Shown: positions 29,551 through 40,292 of the stretch, piece by piece
How the letters are laid out: each line of letters begins with the position of its first letter
Position numbering within the stretch: the first letter of the stretch is position 1
NCBI GenBank assembly: GCA_965237485.1
Contig: CBDEFQ010000009.1
Location: 1,241,778 to 1,305,777 of the forward strand
Source: Candidatus Poriferihabitaceae bacterium
GTDB lineage: Bacteria; Pseudomonadota; Gammaproteobacteria; Arenicellales; Poriferihabitantaceae
Length of the DNA stretch: 64,000 nt
Reading direction: 5' to 3'
Notes under the pieces: model-generated
Database searches by the model: none
What the model was told of the DNA's origin: nothing
Seen by the model: only the letters and a program-made list of their open reading frames with translations
Position numbers and translations under genes: made by a program

Positions 29551-30137
29551 TAATTGCTTACCTCAGCAGCTTGTGCTGGATTCAGTTCTTCAAATATCAA
29601 TTGCACACCCATACGCACGTATTCGCAAATTTCGAAAAAAGCCACCTCGTTTTCAGTGACATTTTGCTCTTCTTCGTTAGTACTGGTATGTTCAACTGTC
29701 GCAATCTCAATAATGTCTTCTATCGCCTCTGAAGCGGTGTCAGACAATGTTTCAAGGATCTGCTCACCATCATGCAAAAAGGCAATAACAAATCCGCTAC
29801 ACCATTGCGAAAGTGCGCGGGATTCAAATATCAAACTGGCGTCTTGAGGTAACCATAAATCAAAACTAAAGTGGGTTTGGCTCAAATTACGCAACGACAT
29901 TTCCATTAGACTTTGCACGCCCAATAGGGATGCATCGTCATTTAAGTTAAATTTATCAGTGACGTCGTCTATGCCAGCACTGCTAAACCCTCTACAGCAA
30001 AGCGCAGAAGCGATGCCGTGCGCTTCTGCGGTGCTGCCACCGAATTCTGAAGCAAGCAAATTTTGGTCAAGCCCTTCATAAAGGCGTGCCTGTTTTTCGC
30101 TGGCACTTTCGATTAACTGTTCGCGGTGTTCACGCAT
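29550..30137 (-). CDS. ygfB: UPF0149 family protein YgfB
   Basis: 195-aa acidic protein immediately upstream of pepP, matching the conserved synteny. Confidence 0.6.
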   Translation of the reverse strand: MREHREQLIESASEKQARLYEGLDQNLLASEFGGSTAEAHGIASALCCRGFSSAGIDDVTDKFNLNDDASLLGVQSLMEMSLRNLSQTHFSFDLWLPQDASLIFESRALSQWCSGFVIAFLHDGEQILETLSDTASEAIEDIIEIATVEHTSTNEEEQNVTENEVAFFEICEYVRMGVQLIFEELNPAQAAEVSN

Positions 30138-30227
30138 CAGTGAATTATAAATGATCGATCCGTGCTTACGCGTAGAATCTTGAATGTAAAATTTAAACAG
30201 AATCTTTCAAACTGGCATTCATATCAC

Positions 30228-31602
30228 AGTCTTGTCCAACATGAAATGATACTGAGCGAAGGGACTGATTCTAATCGGAAATGATACCGAACTAATCTAA
30301 TTTCTGTTCATGATGGTGAATGAATACCATTATGAATGACCACCATATAGATACCCTTGATAAGGCACGCTTGTTGCTACAAGGCACTGATGAAATCGAT
30401 CTGGCAATCGACGGTAAACGCAATCGCTATGATTTCATCAAACGCACCTTAATGCGTTTCAAATACAGCAAACCGGGTCGAGCCGATAAGGGTCTTGTGC
30501 TGCGTTATATCACACGCATCAGCGGTTACTCTTATGTGCAAGTGAAACGCCTGGCTGCCAGCTATCTCAAGCACGGTAGAATCCAGTGGCGACATCGTGC
30601 CACAAGGGGCTTTGCTAGACGCTATAGCAATCAAGACATTAAGCTTCTAGCAGATATGGATGAACTCCACGGTACGTTATCAGGCCATGCCACTAGGAAA
30701 CTCTGTGAGCGCGCCTTATTGTCTATGAGCAAACTGAGTATGCCAACCTGGCACGTATCTCGGTTTCTCATCTATACAATCTACGCCGATCTAAACCCTA
30801 CCAGAACAATCGCCGTCACTTTGAAAAGACACATTCCAAGCCTTCTTCTATCGGCCAAAGACGTAAGCCACAGCCAGAAGGTCAACCTGGCTATAGCCGT
30901 GTAGATACAGTGCAATCAGGGCGATAAGGACAAGGTTAAAGGGGTCTATCATATCAACGCCGTTGATGAGATCACCCCGTTATGAAGTCGTGTCTTCTAC
31001 ACAGAAAATATCAGAGCCATTCTTGATGCCTATTCTCACTCAAATGCTAGAGCAATTCCCCTTTGTGATTAAAGGCTTTCATGCCGATAATGGCAGTGAA
31101 TACATTAACCAATCGGTGGTGCGATTGTTGAATAAGCTATTAATCGAGTTGACCCAATCCAGGGCTAGACACCGTAACGACCATGCCTTAGTTGAGTGCA
31201 ACAATGGGGCCATCGTGCGCAAGCATCTTGGCTTCATGCATATCCCGCAAAAATATGCGCCTGAGATTAATCAATTTGCCACCGACTTTCTTAACCCTTA
31301 TTTGAATTATCACCGACCTTGTTTCTTCCCGCAGATCAGCACTAACAACAAAGGAAAACAAGTCAAAACCTATCCATATCGAAACATGATGACGCCTTAT
31401 GAAAAACTCAAATCGTTGACCAATGCACAGTCATATCTTAAAACTCACATCTCGTTTACAATGCTTGACGATATCGTTTATCAGATGACTGATAATGAGG
31501 CAGCAAAACAACTCAATGAGGAAAAAACTAAACTCTTTAAAAACATCTTTGAACAGAAATGACAATCAACTTCTCGGTATCATTCCTGTATTGGAATAGA
31601 CT
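30228..31602 (+). mobile_element. IS with rve-type DDE transposase, copy B (transposase frameshifted; no target duplication)
   Basis: It has the same IRs as copy A. The reading frame is broken (ORFs 30320-30904 and 30963-31562, with single-base indels relative to copy A). The flanks ATCAC / CGAAT do not match. Confidence 0.85.
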
Positions 31603-31642
31603 CGAATAGACGGTAAGTTGGCCTTTCTGCGAGTCAGTATGT

Positions 31643-32055
31643 TCAATTAGTCCCAGTTGCTGAGCTTTGAATGCTTTCTAAATCAAGTCGAAATATTGAT
31701 AACTCTTTCAAATTGCGCGCACCAAATTTTTGGTAAAATTTGACAGCGTTTACATTGGTCTTCAATGCCCACCACTCGAAGCGGACACAATCTTGATCAA
31801 GCGCTTGTCTTGCTAGATGACTCATCACCATTTTACCTATTCCTTTTCCTTGCGCTCTTGGTTCAATATACAAATCGTCTAGATGTAATCCACGCTTCCC
31901 CGTGGTTAGTACTGAACGTGTAGTAGTAAACCGCGAATCCACAAGGCGAACCATCGTAATAAGCGAGTAAAGATTCAGCTACTCGAGTTGCACCAAACAA
32001 GTTTTTTCTAAATCGTTTTTGGTGACTTGGATATCAAACGGGAACTCCTCTGTTG
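31643..32055 (-). pseudogene. GNAT acetyltransferase remnant (frameshifted, 5' end cut by IS66-family element)
   Basis: The ORF 31643-31954 carries the acetyl-CoA motif RAQGKGIGKMVM. Other frames upstream read ..LFGATRVAESLLAYYDGSPCGFAVYYY.. The sequence ends abruptly at the IS terminus at 32056. Confidence 0.5.
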
Positions 32056-32384
32056 GTAACTTCTCAATAACCCGTGGCAAAGCTGGCGCGTTCCATAATG
32101 ATATCTGGCAGAGGATCAATATGTTGCTCACCGATACCAAGTCGATGGGTCAGGTAGTGCCAGAACGATATATCCAGTTTTCGGCAGGTCTTTTTCAAAC
32201 TGGCAAACGTGTCCCGACACTGCTGGCCAGCATCGCTGCGGGTGGAGCCACTCACTTTTCGTTTTTTCACGTAATCGCGAATGTCTGTTTCACTGCCATT
32301 GGTGTGTAACGGAATATCTGGTCGATCTAGCACCAACAGTAATTCTGCTTGATTCGCATGGATTCGTTTGAGCGTCTGATTTAA

Positions 32385-32547
32385 CCTAGATAAATCAGTT
32401 AAAACACGAAAGTCCATGCAAGCTCTTGATGCACCTAGCAAAATCAAAAAAAACCTTATCACCAATAAGGTAACCGCGACTTTTTTGATTTCACTATGCA
32501 CTTCAATTGCTTACATGTCTTTTCCGCGTTTAACTGATTTATCTAGG
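32385..32547 (-). mobile_element. 163-bp foldback MITE, subfamily 1
   Basis: It sits at the same site in the IS66-family transposase as the other three copies. Here its inner end directly abuts the 183-bp deletion. Confidence 0.88.
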
Positions 32548-33160
32548 ATTAAGCGCTCGGTGTGTATCCAACACAAGGCATGAGCCAAAATGTTAAATTG
32601 CCCTGCATCATCACTGACGACAGCGATGTCATCACACAGACCATGATGCAAAATACTACCAAGTAATGCCCCTTCGGTGGTGATACGTCGGTGACGTGCC
32701 TTAATGATCAACAGGCTATCGAGCATTTCAAGCCAGTCATCCTCGTTGGCAATACGGCGTTCCCGGTGCTCAGTTACAGCGGCTAAGGCTTGCTTTGGCA
32801 ATCCATGTTGTTGCCTATAATTCAACGCACTTTGACTCAAACGATAATCCGTATTGCCAGCCCTTAATAGCGGTAGGAAGTTAATTCGACTTTTTGATTG
32901 AGTACTTTTAAACCACGCAAACAAGTCATTACCAATGTGCGTTACATAGCCATTTTTGCCCTGATGGCGAGCACCACTATCGTCCACGGTCACGTAAGAC
33001 GATGCGCTCAGAGCAACGCCTCTTTCTCAGCATGAAAGGGCTCTTTAGTGCTGATCAGTATTGGGTTAATTTGTCCCGAAGAAATATCAATTCCCCACTC
33101 TCGCAACTGTTCCAACAAGAGTGGTTGCGTGGTTTGACAATGATGATATTGATAGAGAAT

Positions 33161-34336
33161 GGGCTCGTCGGTTAATACAATTTCAAACAGGGTTTTCGCC
33201 GAAGTCGCTTTTAGTTTGCTCAGCAACGCGTTTTTTGTGCAATAAACCGTCTATTAGCAGCCATTTTGCCACCAATAGACGGATCTATCCCTAGGCCGGC
33301 ACCAATTCAACTCGTTCAACTCCCAATGCCATTAATCGCTTAAGGTTAAAACATAAGCCCCTGATTCCAACTTGGAACTGGACTTTAGCCAACCCTTTAT
33401 AACGAACTCGCTTATTGCGATGAGCAAACACTCGCTCATATGGTGAACGAATTTTGCTAATCCAACGGTCTTTGTCTCTATTCTTGCCATGCATATTGTT
33501 CTTCTTGATTGTTGCATCATGGCAACCGTTGCGCCTGAGCGTGGTTTTGGCCGGGCTCACGCAATAACCCTTGTCCGCATAAACAGCGCCCGACTTAGGG
33601 CAAACATGCTTCAAGCCGCTTGCATCCGTTACCTCAGCCGAGGTGGCCGCTATTTTATTGATCAAGCCACTTTGCATATCCACTGATGCATGCTCTTTGT
33701 AACCATACCAATATTTGCTATTTCCCTTGCACCCAAACCGTGCTTGCTTGTCCGCCGCAACTTTATCAACTGTCTTATTGTTGAACTCCTCTAATCCCAT
33801 CTTTATCGCCTTATCTCTATCATCCCAAGTGGTTAGCTTACTGACCAACTGGCTGGCATCGACAAATGTGAATACTTCTCGTACTAAGCCCATTGAAACT
33901 AACCCGCTCCGAACACGGTCAAATAAATTCATCATACCCCTGGTTCCAATGCGTGAGCGAAAATCACCAAAGTAACTATGATCAGGAGTGCTCTGTTCCA
34001 GTCCTGAATCACAAAACCACTTAGCGGCCAGATTCTCTGATAAGTATCGCTCCATTTCTCTATCACTTAAATCTTCCATGAACTGAAGCACCAAGGCACG
34101 TAAGCCGAACTCAACACCTCGGCCTTTAGGGCCACGGGTGGCATATATTTTAGAGAAGGGTTTACTCAATGCACCAAAACATAATAGCTCATCGAGTTTA
34201 CGGTAGGGATGTTCAGAGCTAACCAGAGAATCTAAGGTTAGGAACAGTTGGCTTTGATGACGTTTGCTCAAAATTGCAGGCTGACTAGAATCAGCCCATA
34301 TTATCTCACGTATTCTATTAATTATCCGACAAGCCC
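33161..34336 (-). mobile_element. IS5-family insertion sequence nested in the IS66-family element
   Basis: 1176-bp element with IRs GGGCTCGTCGGTTAAT / ATTATCCGACAAGCCC. The host sequence duplicated is AGAAT on the + strand (ATTCT in the IS66 reading direction). The uninterrupted IS66 copy reads ..TTATATTCTCTATCAAT.. Confidence 0.85.
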
Positions 34337-34364
34337 AGAATATAACTGACCAGACGAGGCCCAT
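33291..34364 (-). CDS. IS5-family DDE transposase
   Basis: 357-aa ORF with an InsH-like N-terminal region (HPYRKLDELL..LRALVLQFMEDLSDREME) and DDE regions FVDASQL, VYADKGY and YERVFAHRNK. The ORF-track ATG lies 28 bp outside the IS end, so the native start is probably internal (TTG about 93 nt downstream). Confidence 0.75.
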   Translation of the reverse strand: MGLVWSVIFWACRIINRIREIIWADSSQPAILSKRHQSQLFLTLDSLVSSEHPYRKLDELLCFGALSKPFSKIYATRGPKGRGVEFGLRALVLQFMEDLSDREMERYLSENLAAKWFCDSGLEQSTPDHSYFGDFRSRIGTRGMMNLFDRVRSGLVSMGLVREVFTFVDASQLVSKLTTWDDRDKAIKMGLEEFNNKTVDKVAADKQARFGCKGNSKYWYGYKEHASVDMQSGLINKIAATSAEVTDASGLKHVCPKSGAVYADKGYCVSPAKTTLRRNGCHDATIKKNNMHGKNRDKDRWISKIRSPYERVFAHRNKRVRYKGLAKVQFQVGIRGLCFNLKRLMALGVERVELVPA

Positions 34365-35117
34365 AATGTCGCCCTGCCACGGATGTCGGTCACTGGCCTT
34401 TGAGCTTTTTATTGTCTGGCGTTACCCAATGCGCTAAACGATAGCGGGTGGTATGAACCTTGATAAGCAAATCTTGCACTACAAAATCCCGATAGCCTTT
34501 AAAGCGAGAACCTTCGGGCACGGACTTCGCTGGTTCAATAACCCGATTTAGGTCAATTGACAGCCTTGGTGTTTTCTTTGCCTTGTTCGACCCAGCTCGC
34601 TGCTTAGGTTTGTCGCTAGAAGATGAACGTTTTGGCTCTGTTTTCTTATCCATATTACCGCCCTTAACAGTAGGCCGCCTCTTCTGCCCCTTAAGGATAT
34701 TGATTTCATCTTTAAGCAATGCTATTTCTTCGTCCTGTTGTTGAACTCGCACCAACAGCTGCTCCACTAGCACCCGCAACATTTTTACTGCGGGGGTTTG
34801 TTCTTGTTCAGGAATGTCGGGAATAGAGGGTAGCTTACTCAAGGTCTTAAACGTCCGTTAACTGGATAGACCTTAGTGTACCATCGGTTTTGAAAGTCCA
34901 ATTTTGCCTTCTCAACTGCGCCACAACGAACGTTAAGAAGACACCCCTGAACGTCCTTAAGCGATCTTTGTTATTAGCGTAAAGGTGCCTACAACCACCC
35001 TGGAACTCAACCTAAATCGAGTCACTCGACCACGTTGAATTACCTTCCTTTTAGCGTAAAACCCTGTCAAGAAATATTTTGTTTTATTTTACCTGCCACG
35101 GGTTATTGAGAAGTTAC

Positions 35118-36024
35118 GTTTTAAGTCGAGGTAGTCTTTAACCGCATTGGCAACCGTAATCGCACTTTGCTTGCCCGTGCGATAGACCTCAATAATAATA
35201 GTCGGCTCGCCATTAAAATGGGTGTTGAGGGGGTCTTGAGCAAAGCCGTCCGTGACCGTGGCAATATCCTTGAGTTTTAAATCATTGCCTTGGGCATCGC
35301 TGCGTAAACTAAGATTGCCGAATGAATCGGCAGATTCTCTTAAGTTGCTAGTGCGCAATAAAATCTCGCCGCCACTTGCCTTTAATGGAACCTGCAGGAA
35401 AGTCGATTGAAGCCTGTTTAAGCGAGTTCACAATCTCGGCTAAACTTATCTTCGCTTGCTGTAATTTCTGCGGCTCAATCTCAATGCTAATCTCGTGGTC
35501 GCGAATGCCGTTTAACTCGGCATAACTAATTTGCGATAGGGCGGCAATTTCATCGCGGACTTGTTCGCTAATTTGGCGTAAGTCCAATTCTGGAAGATCG
35601 CCAGAAACAGCGACACTGATCACTTCGCGGCGAAAAACTGATACCGAATAGTTGGCTTTTTCGACCTCTGCGGGAAAAGTGGAAATACTGTCAATCCTGC
35701 TTTTTATGTCGTTCACTAATTCACGAGGCTTAAAGCCGTTATCTACTTCAATGGCTAAGCGGGCCGCACCCTCGTAAGCACTAGAAGAAATCTTTTTAAC
35801 GCCATCGAGGTCAGCGATGGCTTCTTCGGCGCGTACAACAACTGCTTGTTCAACTTCGGTAGGACTGGTGCCTTGATAAATAATGGCGACGTTGATGATG
35901 TCGTGTTCAAAGCTGGGAATACTTCAAGGGGGATACGTTCCTTAAGCGACCACCCACCAATGGCAAGAATAACCAGCAATAACAAGTTAGCAGCAACGCC
36001 GTTACGGGCAAACCACGCTATCAT
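35118..36024 (-). pseudogene. RND efflux permease (AcrB-like), N-terminal ~300 codons only, frameshifted and truncated by IS
   Basis: Three ORF fragments (35755-36024, 35348-35716, 35089-35358) read MIAWFARNGVAANLLLLVILAIGG.. then the periplasmic porter subdomain. The last fragment runs into the IS terminal repeat (tail NFSITRGR). Confidence 0.8.
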
Positions 36025-36059
36025 CTTAGATTCTGTGGCTGATTTGACATTAGCAAGGT

Positions 36060-37400
36060 TTAAAGTGTTTCAAAGAACGCACGTTGTTTGTCGGCAGGCA
36101 AATTCAAAACTTCCATTTTCTTATGTTCTGGTAAAGCCTTAAAAGCTTGGCACTTTTCTAATGCTAGTTCTTTAGTCAGAGCTTTAAACTTCTGGCTTAG
36201 ATTATTTCCAGATTCGTTAGCTTCGCCTTTTGGTGATTCTCCTGCTATTGATACGTTTATTCCTTCTGCGGCTAAAGCAATTGGAGTTTTAATTAGCCGC
36301 TGACCAACTTCAATTCCATCTCGGATAACAACATTCTCCGCATCGGCCCATAGCAGGGTAATTTGTTTATGAATTAGTTTGTTGTCCTTTGAAACAAGTT
36401 GAATGTGAGTATTATTTTTAGTGGAGTTGCGCGGGATGACCCAAACATCATTTAACACGGTAGCATCAATTTGAGCACTTACAAATTGACCCAATGTGAG
36501 CGCTTGCCCACCATCAGCGCTTTTTACAAAGGGCTGTGCCACTTCAGCCACCACATACTGCTGTAAGCTTTGTGCATTTACTATGCCTTCGCTACGCACT
36601 AATGTCCCTCTGCGTACAGAAGTTGGTTTTTTTTCACTACCCTCAATGGCGACATTCGGCCCCGCTTCATTAGATAGTGCCTCAAGATTGAGGAAGGACA
36701 GCTGCTTAGCAGTAAGGGGTAGGCGCACCTCAATCTTATCCGTTGCGACTAATTCTAAAAGCGTTGTTCCGGCATTTACAAACTGATTTATACTTACCTG
36801 CTTGGTGATAATGCGACTGTCAAATGGGGCATTTATTTTAGTTCGTGTCAGTTGGGTTCTCGCTTGAGCAACGCGCGCTTTCGCCGCAGCCAAGGCGGCT
36901 TCATTGCTTTTTCGTTGCGGTTCCCGTAATGCCAGTTTGCTGGGTTCTCCACTTAATCCTAACAGTGCGCGGTCACGTAACACCTGGTCGCGCTCAGCAT
37001 CACCTTGTTCTAATGTCAGTTGGGCTTGGGCTTGGGCTAGCTCAGCTTTAACAATAATCAATTTTTGCTGAAGATCGGAATCGTCAATTTCAACTAACAC
37101 TTCATCCTTTTTGAATAGCCCGCCAACGTGAAGCTTGGGTGATAATTTGATGACGCGCCCCTTAACTTCGGCAGAAATCGTGCTTTGTTTGGTCGCTTGT
37201 ACTAGCCCATGGCTTTTTAATCGAACTTGATAGCTTTGCGGCGCTAAGTTCAGAACCTCTACCATGGGTGGATTGGCAGTTTTGGGGCGCCGCTGTTGAT
37301 CTGGTGCCGTATCCAGAAGTTGCTTACCAGCAAATAAGAATAGGCCAAGCACTAAGATGGGAAGACCAAATCTTAGTACGGAACGGATTAGGGCTAACAT
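36060..37400 (-). CDS. RND efflux periplasmic adaptor (membrane fusion protein)
   Basis: 446-aa ORF with an N-terminal TM anchor, a coiled-coil hairpin (AELAQAQAQLTLEQGDAERD..AAKARVAQARTQL), and barrel-sandwich and beta-barrel regions. Confidence 0.8.
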   Translation of the reverse strand: MLALIRSVLRFGLPILVLGLFLFAGKQLLDTAPDQQRRPKTANPPMVEVLNLAPQSYQVRLKSHGLVQATKQSTISAEVKGRVIKLSPKLHVGGLFKKDEVLVEIDDSDLQQKLIIVKAELAQAQAQLTLEQGDAERDQVLRDRALLGLSGEPSKLALREPQRKSNEAALAAAKARVAQARTQLTRTKINAPFDSRIITKQVSINQFVNAGTTLLELVATDKIEVRLPLTAKQLSFLNLEALSNEAGPNVAIEGSEKKPTSVRRGTLVRSEGIVNAQSLQQYVVAEVAQPFVKSADGGQALTLGQFVSAQIDATVLNDVWVIPRNSTKNNTHIQLVSKDNKLIHKQITLLWADAENVVIRDGIEVGQRLIKTPIALAAEGINVSIAGESPKGEANESGNNLSQKFKALTKELALEKCQAFKALPEHKKMEVLNLPADKQRAFFETL

Positions 37401-37535
37401 GGTTTTTAGGGTAGGTGCGTCTAAGGCCTTTAGTAGAGTGGGCTAAATTGTAACAAGAAATCACAACTCATCTATTACTTTGGCGAGGCCGAAGAAGCGG
37501 GGTACACAAGGGCTAGCCGTTTGCTAACCAACAAA

Positions 37536-37889
37536 TCAGTCAGTAGATGATTTCGGTTTTTCGTAGAAAATATAACTGGTTGAGTAGTCAGAGAACTCAA
37601 AATACACTTTTTGCTCATTTGCATCTTGTTTGGAGTTCAAGTTTTCGTCGAGTACCCCATAACCGAAGCGATAAGGCCGTGGCTGATTGCCGTTGGTGCT
37701 TACTGCGGTAGAAAGTTTATCAACACCCATAAACCGTTTGACCAGCTTGTCACCGGCGTAGACCTCAAGTACTCCATCGGTGCCCGTCCAGTTTTGAACA
37801 GCACGACCGAACTTGTTTTGGGTTTCTTGGGTACAAGCACTTAACAGCAAGCTAGCGAGCGCCACTAATAGGATAGGTTTTAATTGCAT
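37536..37889 (-). CDS. small lipoprotein, unknown function
   Basis: The start is set at MQLKPILLVALASLLLSAC (lipobox LLSAC). It is identical to its mirror copy at 50094-50447. Confidence 0.6.
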   Translation of the reverse strand: MQLKPILLVALASLLLSACTQETQNKFGRAVQNWTGTDGVLEVYAGDKLVKRFMGVDKLSTAVSTNGNQPRPYRFGYGVLDENLNSKQDANEQKVYFEFSDYSTSYIFYEKPKSSTD

Positions 37890-38408
37890 GGTTTTGATGT
37901 GCCTTCTCGGGCTTTGCAAGCAGCGGATATTATAGCGGGAATGACCAGCAATAAGAAATCATCCTTCGCGGGATCCGCATCGGGATTGGGGGTCTTACAC
38001 AGCTCCTCATATTCGATAAGGCTAGCGAACGCGGCACCACTGTCCAGCTACACTTTAGTATGAATTTGCTCGTCCGCTCGTAACTTCTCAATAACCCGTG
38101 GCAAAGCTGGCGCGTTCCATAATGATATCTGGCAGAGGATCAATATGTTGCTCACCGATACCAAGTCGATGGGTCAGGTAGTGCCAGAACGATATATCCA
38201 GTTTTCGGCAGGTCTTTTTCAAACTGGCAAACGTGTCCCGACACTGCTGGCCAGCATCGCTGCGGGTGGAGCCACTCACTTTTCGTTTTTTCACGTAATC
38301 GCGAATGTCTGTTTCACTGCCATTGGTGTGTAACGGAATATCTGGTCGATCTAGCACCAACAGTAATTCTGCTTGATTCGCATGGATTCGTTTGAGCGTC
38401 TGATTTAA

Positions 38409-38571
38409 CCTAGATAAATCAGTTAAAACACGAAAGTCCATGCAAGCTCTTGATGCACCTAGCAAAATCAAAAAAAACCTTATCACCAATAAGGTGACCG
38501 CGACTTTTTTGATTTCACTATGCACTTCAATTGCTTACATGTCTTTTCCGCGTTTAACTGATTTATCTAGG
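38409..38571 (-). mobile_element. 163-bp foldback MITE, subfamily 1
   Basis: Mirror of 49412-49574. Confidence 0.88.
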
Positions 38572-39539
38572 TTTAATGTTTGGTAGCATGTCTGTTGAGT
38601 GAAGATTTCATCGAAACGCTGCTCAAGTATTTTACGTTGGTTCTCGCAAGGCTGGGTTTTATACTCTTTTAACGCCCGATAAAAGCACCAGACTTGGTCG
38701 CGTATTTTAGCCATGCCCTGCCGGTGTCCCTCGTTCAGCGGTATCAACTTATGGATTAAGCGCTCGGTGTGTATCCAGCACAAGGCATGAGCCAAAATGT
38801 TAAATTGCCCTGCATCATCACTGACGACAACGATGTCATCACACAGACCATGATGCAAAATACTACCAAGTAATGCCCCTTCGGTGGTGATACGTCGGTG
38901 ACGTGCCTTAATGATCAACAGGCTATCGAGCATTTCAAGCCAGTCATCCTCGTTGGCAATACGGCGTTCCCGGTGCTCAGTTACAGCGGCTAAGGCTTGC
39001 TTTGGCAATCCATGTTGTTGCCTATAATTCAACGCACTTTGACTCAAACGATAATCCGTATTGCCAGCCCTTAATAGCGGTAGGAAGTTAATTCGACTTT
39101 TTGATTGAGTACTTTTAAACCACGCAAACAAGTCATTACCAATGTGCGTTACATAGCCATTTTTGCCCTGATGGCGAGCACCACTATCGTCCACGGTCAC
39201 GTAAGACGATGCGCTCAGAGCAACGCTTAGTAACGCCTCTTTCTCAGCATGAAAGGGCTCTTTAGCACTGATCAGTATTGGGTTAATTTGTCCCGAAGAA
39301 ATATCAATTCCCCACTCTCGCAACTGTTCCAACAAGAGTGGTTGCGTGGTTTGACAATGATGATATTGATAGAGAATATAACTGACCAGACGAGGCCCAT
39401 AATGTCGCCCTGCCACGGATGTCGGTAACTGGCCTTTGAGCTTTTTATTGTCTGGCGTTACCCAATGCGCTAAACGATAGCGGGTGGTATGAACCTTGAT
39501 AAGCAAATCTTGCACTACAAAATCCCGATAGCCTTTAAA

Positions 39540-39702
39540 CCTAGAAAACTCAGTTGAAACACAAATGTCTGCACAACTCTTTAATATGCCTAAGAAACCC
39601 AGAAAAGCACTCATCACCAATAAGGTGACCTCGTATTTTCTGACTTCCTTATTCATATCAATTAGTTACACATCTTTTTTGCGTTCAACTGGGTTTTCTA
39701 GG
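39540..39702 (-). mobile_element. 163-bp foldback MITE, subfamily 2
   Basis: Mirror of 48281-48443. Confidence 0.88.
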
Positions 39703-40292
39703 TTAAAGCGAGAACCTTCGGGCACGGACTTCGCTGGTTCAATAACCCGATTTAGGTCAATTGACAGCCTTGGTGTTTTCTTTGCCTTGTTCGACCCAGC
39801 TCGCTGCTTAGGTTTGTCGCTAGAAGATGAACGTTTTGGCTCTGTTTTCTTATCCATATTACCGCCCTTAACAGTAGGCCGCCTCTTCTGCCCCTTAAGG
39901 ATATTGATTTCATCTTTAAGCAATGCTATTTCTTCGTCCTGTTGTTGAACTCGCACCAACAGCTGCTCCACTAGCACCCGCAACATTTTTACTGCGGGGG
40001 TTTGTTCTTGTTCAGGAATGTCGGGAATAGAGGGTAGCTTACTCAAGGTCTTAAACGTCCGTTAACTGGATAGACCTTAGTGTACCATCGGTTTTGAAAG
40101 TCCAATTTTGCCTTCTCAACTGCGCCACAACGAACGTTAAGAAGACACCCCTGAACGTCCTTAAGCGATCTTTGTTATTAGCGTAAAGGGGCCTACAACC
40201 ACCCTGGAACTCAACCTAAATCGAGTCACTCGACCACGTTGAATTACCTTCCTTTTAGCGTAAAACCCGGTCAAGAAATATTTTGTTTTATT

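Larger units (their letters stand above)
32056..35117 (-). mobile_element. IS66-family element (single-ORF type), degenerate copy L2 with nested IS5-family element and MITE
   Basis: Terminal IR is GTAACTTCTCAATAACCCGTGGCA (32056..) and its inverse ends at 35117. The transposase frame is broken by the IS5 insert, a 10-bp deletion, a premature stop codon (TGA at 34390-34392 in place of the TTA codon of the intact copy) and a 183-bp deletion. Confidence 0.85.

Noticed and set aside
32048-32055. 8-bp target-site duplications that would prove transposition of the IS66-bounded composite
   Set aside because: I compared the 8-bp flanks of all four IS66-family termini (CTCTGTTG, ATTTTATT, GGCCACCA, CCTATTGA, plus the inner flanks). 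No direct or inverted match was found, so I make no claim that the module moved as a composite transposon.
33008-33226. 72-aa ORFs 33008-33226 / 54757-54975 as separate genes
   Set aside because: They start in the 3' end of the nested IS5-family element and read into the interrupted IS66-family transposase frame (..YQYHHCQTTQPLLLEQLREWG..). They are fragments of that pseudogene.
39565-39948. 127-aa ORFs antisense to the IS66-family transposase (39565-39948 and 48035-48418)
   Set aside because: Each begins inside the MITE and then runs antisense to a well-supported coding frame, with low-complexity composition. They are probably shadow ORFs.
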